Made by a program: the position numbers and the translations under genes. Of a stretch of 48,786 bases of DNA, positions 39,000 to 48,786 are shown one piece after another (position 1 is the stretch's first letter; each line of letters begins with the position of its first letter). Source of the DNA: a bacterium (lineage in GTDB: Bacteria; Patescibacteriota; Minisyncoccia; Phycocordibacterales; UBA5272). The stretch is taken from contig JAHFMZ010000003.1 in assembly GCA_023267555.1 (NCBI GenBank), positions 1 to 48,786 on the forward strand, given 5' to 3'. The notes under the pieces are model-generated. The model had not been told where the DNA came from, searched no databases, and saw only the letters and a list, made by a program, of their open reading frames with translations.

Positions 39000-40646
39000 T
39001 TAGGCCGAAGCCTGTTTCGTTTGTTCTGAGTTATCCGGTAGTTCGCCGATTTCGCGCAGCTTTACGCGAAGATACTCGCGCAATTCCTTGCCGGGGAAAC
39101 CGACTTCGGAGGTTTGCAGGTGACCCAGCTTGATGAAGGGTTTGAAATTGTAGAGAACGTGACCTTCCGGTGCTGATATCACTTTGGCATACCATTGGCC
39201 TTCGTTTGACCAAGAGCGGAATGTGATTCCGTCATTGGTCCTCCAATAACCGTGGCTGTCGGATAGAAATCCCTTTGCCAAAGGATTTGGGGTGGAAGAA
39301 GTCTGACCTCCTCCACCAACGACTTGGCCGTCGCTGGTCGCGAGACAAATACGACTTTTTTCTCTTCCGAATTGCGGAGCGGTAATACCGTTACGCGGCT
39401 TTTCGGTGGAGATCATCACCTTCGCTTGTTGTTGTTCTGCTTTCTTGAATGACTTAATGATGCCATTCTTGATAAGCACACCGCGAATGTAATTGACCAA
39501 TGCCACAATTTGGCCGTAGTCTTTACTGCTATGAAGCAGACTGGTATCATCGGCGACCCACTTTGCCAAAATGGTGAAGCCGATTTCGATGCCGTGTTTG
39601 CTGAGGTCGTTTCCTTCCCCAATTTTCACGACTTCAATCTGTTGACCGATTGCCGGACCGAACAACTTCACCAACACGCCGTCTAGGTCGTAAAACCCGA
39701 GATGACTTTGAATCATTTCAAACAGCGGACGAGTCTTGAACTCGGCGGGTGGGGTTGTCTTGGCAGGACGCAAGGGTCTGGGTCCGCTCGGCTTTTTGGC
39801 CACAAGCAAACCTTCCTCTTCCATCACCTTCCGAAGAAACGTCCACAGTGAGCACTTGTTATTCTTGGTTTTTTCCAAAGCGTGCTCGGGCTCACTGTTT
39901 CGATGAAGTTCGTTGATTGAAATTGTTACGCCGGCGATCTCCACATCAGTGAGACCACTTTCCTGCGGAGCACTTCGTACACCAATCATTGTGCTCTCGA
40001 CCTTCCCAAGTTTTTTCTGGGAGATTTCGAAAGTCACACCACGCGTTTCAATGAGGCCGACACGGGTGCCATCCCAAATGATTTTCGCGGCACTCGATGC
40101 TTCGTGTTCGATTACTTCTTCGGTCGTGTCGGTTGGTTCTTCCGCAGAATCTTCCACCTGAGGAAGGACTACTTCGTTGGCGAGGTTGTTGTATTTCGCA
40201 TTCCGCAAAAACCTCCACAACTCTTCCACGGCCTTTCGGACACCCTCGTCCTTCATCTTCGTAGCGAAGTAGGCTCGCTCGAGATGAAAGAAAGGAATTC
40301 TCGTTCCGGGTTGAACACCGGCCAAAGCAAGAGGGTGATAGTTGGGTATATAGTCGGCGACGATGAAGAGAATTTCTTGTTCGGCATCCTTGTACAGCGG
40401 AAACATTGCTTTCAAAAACTGGACGCCATTGATGAGATAGATTTCTTTGCTGTAGACACCGTCCAAAAGCTGATTGATGTCATAACAAGTGTGCTCCTCC
40501 GCGTACTTTCTGGCTTCTTGTTCAGCACGGGGAGTGTAGTCCGGTTTGGGACCACGAACCTTTGGTGCCTTCTCCTTCTTGACTTGAGGCTTCACTTTGC
40601 TCGGCCTCGGGTTGTCTTCGCCGTTCTTTTTCCAGGTTTTTCCCAT
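39000..40646 (-). CDS. Large orphan protein with four divergent internal repeats
   Basis: 548 aa, GC-richer than flanks, TTGACA/TATAAT promoter, AGGAGG SD. Confidence 0.8.
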   Translation of the reverse strand: MGKTWKKNGEDNPRPSKVKPQVKKEKAPKVRGPKPDYTPRAEQEARKYAEEHTCYDINQLLDGVYSKEIYLINGVQFLKAMFPLYKDAEQEILFIVADYIPNYHPLALAGVQPGTRIPFFHLERAYFATKMKDEGVRKAVEELWRFLRNAKYNNLANEVVLPQVEDSAEEPTDTTEEVIEHEASSAAKIIWDGTRVGLIETRGVTFEISQKKLGKVESTMIGVRSAPQESGLTDVEIAGVTISINELHRNSEPEHALEKTKNNKCSLWTFLRKVMEEEGLLVAKKPSGPRPLRPAKTTPPAEFKTRPLFEMIQSHLGFYDLDGVLVKLFGPAIGQQIEVVKIGEGNDLSKHGIEIGFTILAKWVADDTSLLHSSKDYGQIVALVNYIRGVLIKNGIIKSFKKAEQQQAKVMISTEKPRNGITAPQFGREKSRICLATSDGQVVGGGGQTSSTPNPLAKGFLSDSHGYWRTNDGITFRSWSNEGQWYAKVISAPEGHVLYNFKPFIKLGHLQTSEVGFPGKELREYLRVKLREIGELPDNSEQTKQASA

Positions 40647-40822
40647 TTTAATTATCCTCCTAAAAGATGGGTAACTACGGTTTTGTTACAAAGGACTACA
40701 GTCTTTATCGTGAGGAAATGATAAAAATCAATAGCTCACGAAAGATGATATATATTATACACCTTTTACCTATTTTGTCAAGGTAAATATACTATTAAAA
40801 TAAAGGTTTTTTTGTGGCTGTA

Positions 40823-41185
40823 TTATTTTTGTTCTGTTTCAGCTTTTGCTTTTCTTAATAAAGAATCAATATGTTGTCGGTTTTTTTCTCCATAATCAAT
40901 TTCAACTTCAAAGAATGGAATAACTTTCACAGGAAGTCTTTTCATCACTGTGTGACGAAGTTCACTTCGCATACGCTTGGCAAAATCTAAAGCAGCAGCT
41001 TCTTTGCTTTCTGGTAGCACAGTTATAAAAATAGTTCCGTGTTTCATATCAGCAGACACTTCTGCGCGAGTGACAGTTATGAGTGATGCACCGGATGATT
41101 CACGTTGAAAAAAATCTTGAGCGATTGCCAGAACTTCAAGAGATATTTGAGTTTGTCGTTTTGTCGGTGGTTTATTTGCGTCCAT
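40823..41185 (-). CDS. rbfA: Ribosome-binding factor A
   Basis: ITVTRAEVSADMK...P...F..D pattern, downstream of infB. Confidence 0.85.
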   Translation of the reverse strand: MDANKPPTKRQTQISLEVLAIAQDFFQRESSGASLITVTRAEVSADMKHGTIFITVLPESKEAAALDFAKRMRSELRHTVMKRLPVKVIPFFEVEIDYGEKNRQHIDSLLRKAKAETEQK

Positions 41186-41198
41186 ATTAATAAGAAAA

Positions 41199-42713
41199 TT
41201 AAATTTTCAATTTTTCTACAAGAACTGCCTCGAGAATATCAGAAGGAATCATCTCAACTTTACTTTCCACCATCAATCCACATTCATTTCCTTCGTTTAC
41301 TTCTTGTGTTTTTATTTTTTGTGATTGAAGTTCAACAATTTTTCCACGCCCAAGTTCGACTCCACGACGAATTATTTTTACTATGCCATTATTTTGTATT
41401 TTCCCAGTTTCCACTTTTCCTCCGATAACGTGTTTGTCTTTTTGAGAACTAAATGTACGAATGATTTTTAATGTTCCAATGATTGTTTCTTTTTCTTCGT
41501 ATGGAAGGCGACTTTCTACAATGGTATCAAACCACTCTGAAAGTTTGTAAATAATATCAAAGAGTTCTGGTTTGATATTAAATCTGTCTGCTTGATCGCG
41601 AGCTTTTGTTTCCATTTTTACAGTAAAGCCTATAATAATAGTTTTTTCATCAGATGAAGCGAGCATAATATCTCCTTCAGAAATATTTCCGACACCTTCA
41701 GCAATTATTTTTATTTTTATGTCTTCAGTTTCTCTTTTTTTCAATTCGAGTTTGACTGCGTCTAATGTGCCAAGAGAGTCAGCTTTGATAACTACTGGAA
41801 TAACTACTTTTGCGTTTCTATAAATACGAGGATCAAGCACATTGTTTATTGTATTTGATTTTGTTTCTGATTGAAGCGCTTCCATAGATTTTTTATCAGA
41901 TGATGATATGAAAATCGCACCCGAAGCAGGGATTTCATCAAAACCCGTAACTTTGATTGGTTGTCCAGCGTGGGGCGACTTGATTGTTCGTCCAGCAAAG
42001 TCTTCTATAATACGAATAGGAGAAAGGGCAGTACCAGCGACAATAGCACCAGAAGTAGCCAAAGTACCATCTTTGATGATAAGAGAGGCAGAGATGCCAC
42101 GTTTTGGGTCTACAAAGCTCTCTAGGACATAACCGGTTGCGTCTGTGCTTATATCTGTGGTTAATTCATTCATATCCACAAGCAAGAGAAGTGTCTCAAG
42201 AAGGAAATCAATTCCTTGCCCAGTTTTGGCACTAATTTCTACACAAGGCACATCTCCTCCGTAACCTTCAATATAAATAGCATTTTCTACGAGAGAGTTT
42301 TTGGTTTTTTGTATATCTGCACCTGGTTTATCAATTTTGTTAATAGCTACAACATATGGAAGTTTGCGTGCGTCAATTGCTTTCCAAGCTTCAATAGTTT
42401 GAGTTTTCACTCCATCATCAGCTGAGACAATTAAAATCGCGATATCGGCAATTTCTACACCACGTTCGCGCATACTTTGAAATGCGGCGTGTCCCGGCGT
42501 GTCCAAGAAAGTTATAGGTTTGATAGTTCCATCAGCGAGCTTGTGCTGTACTTCATAAGCTGAAATACGTTGAGTGATACCACCAGCTTCACCTTCCACA
42601 ACATTTGATTTGCGAATGAAATCAAGGAGTGAAGATTTACCGTGATCAACATGCCCAAGTACCGCAATGACAGGTTGACGAGAAATCCGCTTCAATTCCT
42701 GAGTTTTTGACAT
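41199..42713 (-). CDS. infB: Translation initiation factor IF-2, short form
   Basis: GHVDHGKSS, EAGGITQ, DTPGHAAF, NKID; no N-terminal domain. Confidence 0.96.
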   Translation of the reverse strand: MSKTQELKRISRQPVIAVLGHVDHGKSSLLDFIRKSNVVEGEAGGITQRISAYEVQHKLADGTIKPITFLDTPGHAAFQSMRERGVEIADIAILIVSADDGVKTQTIEAWKAIDARKLPYVVAINKIDKPGADIQKTKNSLVENAIYIEGYGGDVPCVEISAKTGQGIDFLLETLLLLVDMNELTTDISTDATGYVLESFVDPKRGISASLIIKDGTLATSGAIVAGTALSPIRIIEDFAGRTIKSPHAGQPIKVTGFDEIPASGAIFISSSDKKSMEALQSETKSNTINNVLDPRIYRNAKVVIPVVIKADSLGTLDAVKLELKKRETEDIKIKIIAEGVGNISEGDIMLASSDEKTIIIGFTVKMETKARDQADRFNIKPELFDIIYKLSEWFDTIVESRLPYEEKETIIGTLKIIRTFSSQKDKHVIGGKVETGKIQNNGIVKIIRRGVELGRGKIVELQSQKIKTQEVNEGNECGLMVESKVEMIPSDILEAVLVEKLKI

Positions 42714-42763
42714 AATATTAAAAGCAATTCTAACACAGAATGTCAATAAATGACAGCAATTTA

Positions 42764-43249
42764 TTAGAGATTACTCTTGTGAGCTTTTTTACTTTCTTCC
42801 AATACGCTTAATTCTTCTTCGGTCAAATCATAAGTAGATGTATATTTAACTAATGGTTTTGCAAAAATACTTACACGATCACGATGATGTAGCGAAGAAA
42901 GAAGAACCCCGTCTCCTTTTTCGTTTACAAGCGCAATGGCAAATGATTGATTACTACTATTTTGATCAAAAGCTTTATAGCGCACAGTAGACACGTTGCG
43001 AATACATTGTGCGAGACGATTGTCTAAATCAAATGCGTGTTTTGCAATTATTTCATCGTGTTTTTTTAATTCATCTACTTTATCAAGATATGCACGTACA
43101 GTACTTTCTAAACTTTTACCATTTTTGCCACGAGTAAATATATAAATTTTGTGATAAAGAAAGAGGACGACAATCAAAAGAAAGAGAACAGCGACGATAA
43201 GTGCAGGAATTATATATGGAGATGTTGTGGCGGTGAGAAGAATGCTCAT
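42764..43249 (-). CDS. DUF4446-like membrane-anchored protein
   Basis: N-terminal TM, VRY.AF...NQSF.IAL...GDG, AKP, LTEEE. Confidence 0.75.
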   Translation of the reverse strand: MSILLTATTSPYIIPALIVAVLFLLIVVLFLYHKIYIFTRGKNGKSLESTVRAYLDKVDELKKHDEIIAKHAFDLDNRLAQCIRNVSTVRYKAFDQNSSNQSFAIALVNEKGDGVLLSSLHHRDRVSIFAKPLVKYTSTYDLTEEELSVLEESKKAHKSNL

Positions 43250-43451
43250 ATTATAAACGAGTGTAACATAAGCTTTTTTATCAAGTGTGTATATGGTTTT
43301 ATAATTCCCCTAGGCAAGGCCTAGGGGAATAAATAGGTATTTTTTTAAGAACACATAAATTACCACTTGACAAATATTTTATATCTGCTATGCTATATTT
43401 TGTAACACAAACCGTGTTGCGCTCGTTGTACATTAAAAGGAGAACAGCCAA

Positions 43452-43800
43452 ATGAAGAAGAAACCGCTTGCCACTCTGGATATCCATATCTCGATCAAGA
43501 CGTTCATCACCGCGGCCACCGACATCGACGCCAAGGCCTCCGGCACCCGCCGTCACACCTGACCATCGGCGCCGGGCCAGCAGTATGTTTTTCATCTTCA
43601 TCGTCAGGTCCATCGCAGATGTCCTGCGTAGCGCAAGCTTCGCAATGCCCGCAAGCGTAATCGCCCTTCGGCACGAGCAATCGTCGCCGGCCGGCATCGC
43701 ATCTGGGCCCGAGGAATCTGTGGGGACCACAACCGCCGCTTTGTGGCGCAGGCACACCGAAAAGGCCGGTGTAAGCCTGCGTTTCGGGACGGTCTCTTGA
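43452..43800 (+). pseudogene. GC-rich orphan gene, apparently frameshifted
   Basis: TTGACA/TATGCT promoter, AAGGAG SD, 36-aa ORF 43452-43562; GC3-rich codons continue in other frames to TGA at 43800; terminator near 43838-43880. Confidence 0.45.
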
Positions 43801-43897
43801 ATCTGTCCTTCTTCTGATAAAACTTTCGGTACCAAAGTCCCCCGCCAGACGCACAGCGCCTGCCGGGGGATTTCATTTTTTATGTTAGAGTATTTAT

Positions 43898-45103
43898 ATG
43901 TTTAATTTTTTGAATAAAAGAATATATTTGGATAATGCTGGGGCAACTCCAATTAGTAAGAACGCAAAAAAAGAATTTTTGCGTGTTTTGGAAATTTTTG
44001 GAAATCCATCGGCAATTTATAAAGAAGGAGTAGAAGCAAAAAAGATTTTAAATGATGCTAAAGAAAAAATTGGAAAAATAATAAATGCACGAGCTTACGA
44101 AATATATTTCACGGGTTCGGGAACTGAAAGTTGCAATTTAGCAATACTCGGAACTTATTATGCTTGGAGAAAAGAAAATGAACATTCAAATAAACTTCCG
44201 CATATAATTATTTCTTCTATTGAACATCCGGCAATTATGGAAGCGGTTAACTATTTATCAATAAATAGTTTGGCTAATGTAACTTATCTTTCGGTTTATG
44301 AAGATGGTTTAGTAAAAGTGGAAGATGTCAGAAAAGCAATTACCGAAGATACAATTTTAATTTCTGTAATGTATGCCAATAATGAAATTGGAAGCATAGA
44401 ACCAATAAAAGAAATCGGAAGAATGATACAAGAAATTAAAAGTAAAAAAATAAATAATAAAAATTATCCATACTTTCATACTGATGCTTGTCAGGCGGGG
44501 AATTATTTGAATCTCGATGTTTTTCGTTTGAAAGTAGATATGATGACTATAAATAGCAGTAAAGTTTATGGTCCAAAAGGAATAGCTATTTTATACAAAA
44601 AGGAAGGGATAAATATTGAGCCAGTTTCTTTTGGTGGTGGACAAGAAAGAGGAATGAGAAGTGGAACAGAAAATGTTGCCGGTGCTTTTGCATTTGCTGT
44701 GGCGCTTTTGGAAGCTCAAGAATTAAAAAATAAAGAAATAGAAAGATTAACAGAAATTCGTGATGATTTTAAAAATAAATTGGAAAAGAAAATTCCTGAT
44801 GTAACTTTTTACGGAGCTTGGGGGGAAGATAGACTTCCAAATAATATAAATTGTCGTATACCAAATATTGGAAGTGATGAAATGATTATCAGATTAGATC
44901 AAAAAGGATTTTCAGTTTCCCATAAATCAGCTTGTTCTTCGCAAGTTGATGATGGGAGTTATGTTATCAAAGCTCTTGGGGCAACAGACAAAGAAGCTAA
45001 AGAAAATATTAGAATTACTCTTGGTAGAGATACAACAAAAAAAGATATGAACAAATTAGTTGAAGCTATTTTTGAAATAAAATCTTCTTTTGCTGGAAAA
45101 TAA
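43898..45103 (+). CDS. iscS: Cysteine desulfurase (IscS/NifS family)
   Basis: YLDNAGATP, HTDACQ, SSK.YGPKG, GGGQE, SACSS. Confidence 0.9.
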   Translation: MFNFLNKRIYLDNAGATPISKNAKKEFLRVLEIFGNPSAIYKEGVEAKKILNDAKEKIGKIINARAYEIYFTGSGTESCNLAILGTYYAWRKENEHSNKLPHIIISSIEHPAIMEAVNYLSINSLANVTYLSVYEDGLVKVEDVRKAITEDTILISVMYANNEIGSIEPIKEIGRMIQEIKSKKINNKNYPYFHTDACQAGNYLNLDVFRLKVDMMTINSSKVYGPKGIAILYKKEGINIEPVSFGGGQERGMRSGTENVAGAFAFAVALLEAQELKNKEIERLTEIRDDFKNKLEKKIPDVTFYGAWGEDRLPNNINCRIPNIGSDEMIIRLDQKGFSVSHKSACSSQVDDGSYVIKALGATDKEAKENIRITLGRDTTKKDMNKLVEAIFEIKSSFAGK

Positions 45104-45158
45104 AAAATGTACAGGCAAGACCTGTACATCGGATTTCATAATAAATGATTGGACTGTT

Positions 45159-45548
45159 TTATTCTTCGCAGAGGAATCTTTGTCCCTTGAGTGCTCCGAG
45201 ATGAAAAAAAGGAAGGCCGATTTTGTTTACAACTTCGATTACTTCAATTACGACGCCACCTTCTTTTTCTTCGTATGAGGCGTAAAAGACTGCATAAGAT
45301 AACAGTCCACCATATTTGAAGACTAGAATATCTCTCTCGACACCTATCACACCAATGAAAGTTATGTCCTTTCTTTTTGGCACAATTTCTTTTCGAGCGA
45401 GTTTCTCTTTCATTATCATCAATATGGCTTCGGGGGCCACATCTTCCATCCTTCTCATCAATTCATTGTGTTCTTTTTGCAGGAGCAATTTCTGGCGCAA
45501 ATCTTCAAGAGTGGGAAGGGGATTAACAAGAACAAGAGATGCTCGCAC
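45159..45548 (-). CDS. Orphan hypothetical protein
   Basis: GTG start with AAGGAG SD and own promoter. Confidence 0.6.
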   Translation of the reverse strand: MRASLVLVNPLPTLEDLRQKLLLQKEHNELMRRMEDVAPEAILMIMKEKLARKEIVPKRKDITFIGVIGVERDILVFKYGGLLSYAVFYASYEEKEGGVVIEVIEVVNKIGLPFFHLGALKGQRFLCEE

Positions 45549-45649
45549 AATCTTCTCCTTTTTGTTGTTGAAGCTTATTGTTATAATAACATATTATAAT
45601 GATATTGTCCAGTCTTTCTATTTTTTAACTTAAATATAAACTGAGTAAT

Positions 45650-46219
45650 ATGTACGAAACAAAAGATTTTTCAGACTTATTAGGACTTGAAGGTTTTAGT
45701 GATATTTTATTAAATAATCATTTTACTTTGTATCAAGGTTATGTGACCAATACAAATAAATTGGTCGATTTTATGAAGGTAAAAGAAATTGGTACTCCAG
45801 AGTATGCCGAACTTCATCGTCGTTTTGGATGGGAATGGAACGGAATGAGATTACACGAACTTTATTTTGAGAATATGGTAAAAGGCGGTTCGGTTCTTAC
45901 AAGTGGTTCTGAGTTAGAAAAAGTTATCAATTATGTTTGGGGTTCATTTGAAAATTGGCAAAAAGATTTTGTTGGTATCGGAGCGATGCGTGGAATTGGT
46001 TGGGTTGTGCTTGCATATGATCCAATCAAGAAAATGGTATTTAATACTTGGATTAACGAACATAACGAAGGAAATTTGGTGGGAGCAACACCACTTCTTG
46101 TGATGGATGTTTTTGAGCACGCATATATTACTGATTATGGAATCAAACGTGCAGATTATATTTCAGCGTTTATGAAAAATATCAATTGGAGTGCGGTAGA
46201 AAAAAGGTTTGGGTTTTAG
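45650..46219 (+). CDS. sod: Fe/Mn superoxide dismutase family protein
   Basis: H..LY.GYV, LHELYF, G.GW, DVFEHAY..DY. Confidence 0.9.
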   Translation: MYETKDFSDLLGLEGFSDILLNNHFTLYQGYVTNTNKLVDFMKVKEIGTPEYAELHRRFGWEWNGMRLHELYFENMVKGGSVLTSGSELEKVINYVWGSFENWQKDFVGIGAMRGIGWVVLAYDPIKKMVFNTWINEHNEGNLVGATPLLVMDVFEHAYITDYGIKRADYISAFMKNINWSAVEKRFGF

Positions 46220-46301
46220 ATGTTTATGAAACAATGGGCGATATGCTATGCATATCGCCCATTTGACTTGTATGTTTATTTTATATATAAACAATATATA
46301 C

Positions 46302-46329
46302 TGTAATTATCCGAATGCTGTTACGTCTG
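46302..46329 (+). promoter_or_regulatory. Putative ECF promoter upstream of clpB
   Basis: TGTAAT-N16-CGTCTG. Confidence 0.5.
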
Positions 46330-46413
46330 TATAGATGTGAATCCCTGAATTAATTAAATTTATTTGAATTTACTGTAAGTTGTTGATATTTATTAGCTAA
46401 TTAAATATCCTAT

Positions 46414-48786
46414 ATGCCTCCATCATTTAATAATTTCACCACAAAAGCCAAAGAAGTAATTCGTCGTGCACACGAGCTTGCTGTTGAACGTGGGCAGAAT
46501 CAGGTAAATCCCATTCATTTAATGGGAGCTCTTCTCACACAAGAAGAATCTCTTGTACACGCGATTTTGGAAAGATTAGAAGTTGATGTTCTTCATTTAA
46601 CTGACAGTATTGTGGACGCAATAGAAGTACCAGGAGCGTCAGCAACAGCCAGCCAAACATATCAAATGTATTTGACCCCAGAACTTGCTCAAGTACTCGA
46701 AAATTCTCTTAATATTGCCCAAACACTAGGAGATGAATTTGTTTCTACTGAGCATCTTTTCCTAGCACTTTTGGAATCAACCGGACAAGTTCGTGAATTA
46801 CTCGCACGTTTTCGTATTGATAGAGATCAAGCTTATCATATTTTGGAAGAACTTCGTGCCCAAAATATTACCGAGGCAAGTAATCCAAAGAAAAATAAAG
46901 CTCTTGCAAAATATACTCGCAATTTTACAGACCTTGCTCGTGCAGACAAATTAGATCCAGTTATTGGTCGTGATACCGAAATTATGCGTCTGATGCAAAT
47001 ACTTTCTCGCCGCACCAAAAATAATCCGATTTTAATTGGTGAAGCCGGAACAGGAAAAACTGCCGTGGTAGAAGGTTTGGCAATTCGTATGGCCCGTGGT
47101 GATGTGCCAGAAAGCTTGAAAGATAAAGAATTAGTATCACTTGATTTGGGTACACTTATTGCTGGTACAAAATTCCGTGGAGAATTTGAAGAGCGTTTGA
47201 AAGCTATTATGAAAGAAATTGAACGTTCGGAAGGCGGAATTATTTTGTTTATTGATGAAATACATACAATTGTTGGTGCCGGTTCGGCAGAAGGTTCGGC
47301 AGACGCAGCAAATTTACTCAAACCCGCACTTTCACGTGGAGAACTTCGTGCTATCGGTGCCACAACTCTCAAAGAATATCAAAAGCATATTGAAAAAGAT
47401 CCAGCGCTTGCTCGACGTTTTCAACCAGTATTTATTGAAGAACCATCCGAAGCAGATGCTTTGGCAATTATGCGTGGGCTAAAAGAAAAATATGAATTAT
47501 TTCACGGCGTGCGTATTACAGATGATGCTTTAATTTCCGCAGTCAATCTTTCGACCCGTTATATTACGAATCGTTTTCTTCCAGATAAAGCAATTGACTT
47601 GATGGATGAAGCCGCATCGTCACTTCGTATGGCGCTTGAAAATAAGCCACCAGTTTTGGATGAAGCTCATAGAAAAATTATGCGCCTTGAAATTGAAAAA
47701 GAAGCGCTTACCAAAGAACTCATTGCACACAGTGATGATGATATTACTTCTACCAAAAAACGCATTAATGCGATTGATGAAGAGATTGCAAATGTTAAGG
47801 AACGTACTCACGAACTTGAACTCAAATGGAAAAATGAAAAGAAAACTTTGACAGCAATCGGTGAAATAAAAAAGTCGCTTGAGTCTCTTCGTTCGGAAAG
47901 TGAAAATGCAGAAATCCGAGCAGACCTTACTCGTGTGGCGGAAATTCGTTATGGACAAATACCAGACCTCACTCGCGAATTAAATTCATTACTTGAAAAA
48001 TTAAAGAAGTTGCAAAAGACACGTAGAATTTTGAAAGAAGAAGTAACCGAAGAAGACATCGCTGGTGTTGTTGCGCGTTGGACGGGGATTCCAGTTTCAA
48101 GAATGCTTGAAGAAGAGCAAGAAAAACTTTCTCGTATGGAAGATGAGCTTGGCAAGAGAGTTATAGGACAACGTGAAGCAATTTCAAAAATAAGTGGAGC
48201 AGTGCGTCGCTCTCGTGCGGGTGTGAATGATCCAGAACGACCAATCGGTTCGTTTATGTTTCTTGGTCCAACGGGTGTAGGAAAGACAGAAATCACAAAA
48301 GCGCTCGCCGAGTTTAGGTTTAATGATGAAAAAGCACTCATCAAAGTTGATATGAGTGAATATATGGAAAAGCACAGTACGAGCAAGTTGATCGGTTCGC
48401 CTCCAGGATATGTTGGCTATGATGAATCAGGGCAATTGACCGAAGCAGTACGTCATCGACCATACGCTGTGATTTTGTTCGATGAAGTTGAAAAGGCTCA
48501 CCCAGAAGTGTTTAACTTGCTCCTTCAAGTTCTTGATGAAGGAAGACTGACTGACAGTAAGGGGAGAATCGTTAATTTCAAAAACACAATTATTGTGATG
48601 ACTTCAAATATTGGTAGTCAGTATATTCAGAAGATGGAACAGATTGGTTTTTCTACACAAGAAGTTGGTTCGGAATATACGCAAGTAAAAGAAAGAGTGA
48701 TGACAGCGCTCAAAGATTTCTTCAAGCCAGAGTTTTTGAATCGCTTGGATGATACAATTATTTTTGATGTATTATCAAAAGAAGAA
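46414..48786 (+). CDS. clpB: AAA+ chaperone ClpB (runs off the window; absent from ORF track)
   Basis: Open frame from [12 protein letters not shown]; [23 protein letters not shown], long coiled-coil M-domain, [20 protein letters not shown]. Confidence 0.95.
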   Translation, partial: MPPSFNNFTTKAKEVIRRAHELAVERGQNQVNPIHLMGALLTQEESLVHAILERLEVDVLHLTDSIVDAIEVPGASATASQTYQMYLTPELAQVLENSLNIAQTLGDEFVSTEHLFLALLESTGQVRELLARFRIDRDQAYHILEELRAQNITEASNPKKNKALAKYTRNFTDLARADKLDPVIGRDTEIMRLMQILSRRTKNNPILIGEAGTGKTAVVEGLAIRMARGDVPESLKDKELVSLDLGTLIAGTKFRGEFEERLKAIMKEIERSEGGIILFIDEIHTIVGAGSAEGSADAANLLKPALSRGELRAIGATTLKEYQKHIEKDPALARRFQPVFIEEPSEADALAIMRGLKEKYELFHGVRITDDALISAVNLSTRYITNRFLPDKAIDLMDEAASSLRMALENKPPVLDEAHRKIMRLEIEKEALTKELIAHSDDDITSTKKRINAIDEEIANVKERTHELELKWKNEKKTLTAIGEIKKSLESLRSESENAEIRADLTRVAEIRYGQIPDLTRELNSLLEKLKKLQKTRRILKEEVTEEDIAGVVARWTGIPVSRMLEEEQEKLSRMEDELGKRVIGQREAISKISGAVRRSRAGVNDPERPIGSFMFLGPTGVGKTEITKALAEFRFNDEKALIKVDMSEYMEKHSTSKLIGSPPGYVGYDESGQLTEAVRHRPYAVILFDEVEKAHPEVFNLLLQVLDEGRLTDSKGRIVNFKNTIIVMTSNIGSQYIQKMEQIGFSTQEVGSEYTQVKERVMTALKDFFKPEFLNRLDDTIIFDVLSKEE

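Noticed and set aside
43560-43562. TGA read-through or code 25 recoding
   Set aside because: TGA ends real genes here (1311, 2063, 5413), long genes lack in-frame TGA, and read-through meets a TAG 22 codons later
43299-43876. Minus-strand ORFs of 178, 115 and 90 aa
   Set aside because: Promoter, SD and terminator all point to the plus strand; long ORFs are expected by chance in GC-rich DNA

Overview
AT-rich bacterial chromosome segment read with genetic code 11 (TGA serves as stop). It is most consistent with a Patescibacteria/CPR (Parcubacteria-like) genome; this is inferred from short IF2, Obg and Rel proteins, a Lys-rich RpoD N-terminus, tRNAs without encoded CCA and core genes without Shine-Dalgarno (SD) sites. 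Core genes include murI, a DEAD-box helicase, rpoB, rpoC, dnaG, rpoD, obgE, gatB, miaA, parB, rel, topA, dprA, rluA, an ECF sigma/anti-sigma pair, rbfA, infB, iscS, sod and a partial clpB, plus 8 tRNAs. The most unusual signal is a family of small (about 100-220 bp) non-coding elements at the 3' ends of three tRNA-Leu genes, tRNA-Asp and the protein gene topA. Each carries a split antisense copy of its own target, interrupted by a hairpin with a CTGC loop. The four complete copies continue into a conserved GGGTCG...TGTGACC hairpin and then a displaced copy of the gene's 3' end (decayed at Leu-CAA). At topA the displaced copy is a diverged alternative C-terminus. A second family duplicates the 5' ends of four tRNAs about 100 bp upstream, with a hairpin carrying anti-tRNA sequence. 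The window also holds about 12 solitary orphan genes with purine-rich SD sites, most with their own promoter and terminator, a candidate structured ncRNA and a small ECF regulon. No recombinase, transposase or CRISPR array is visible.
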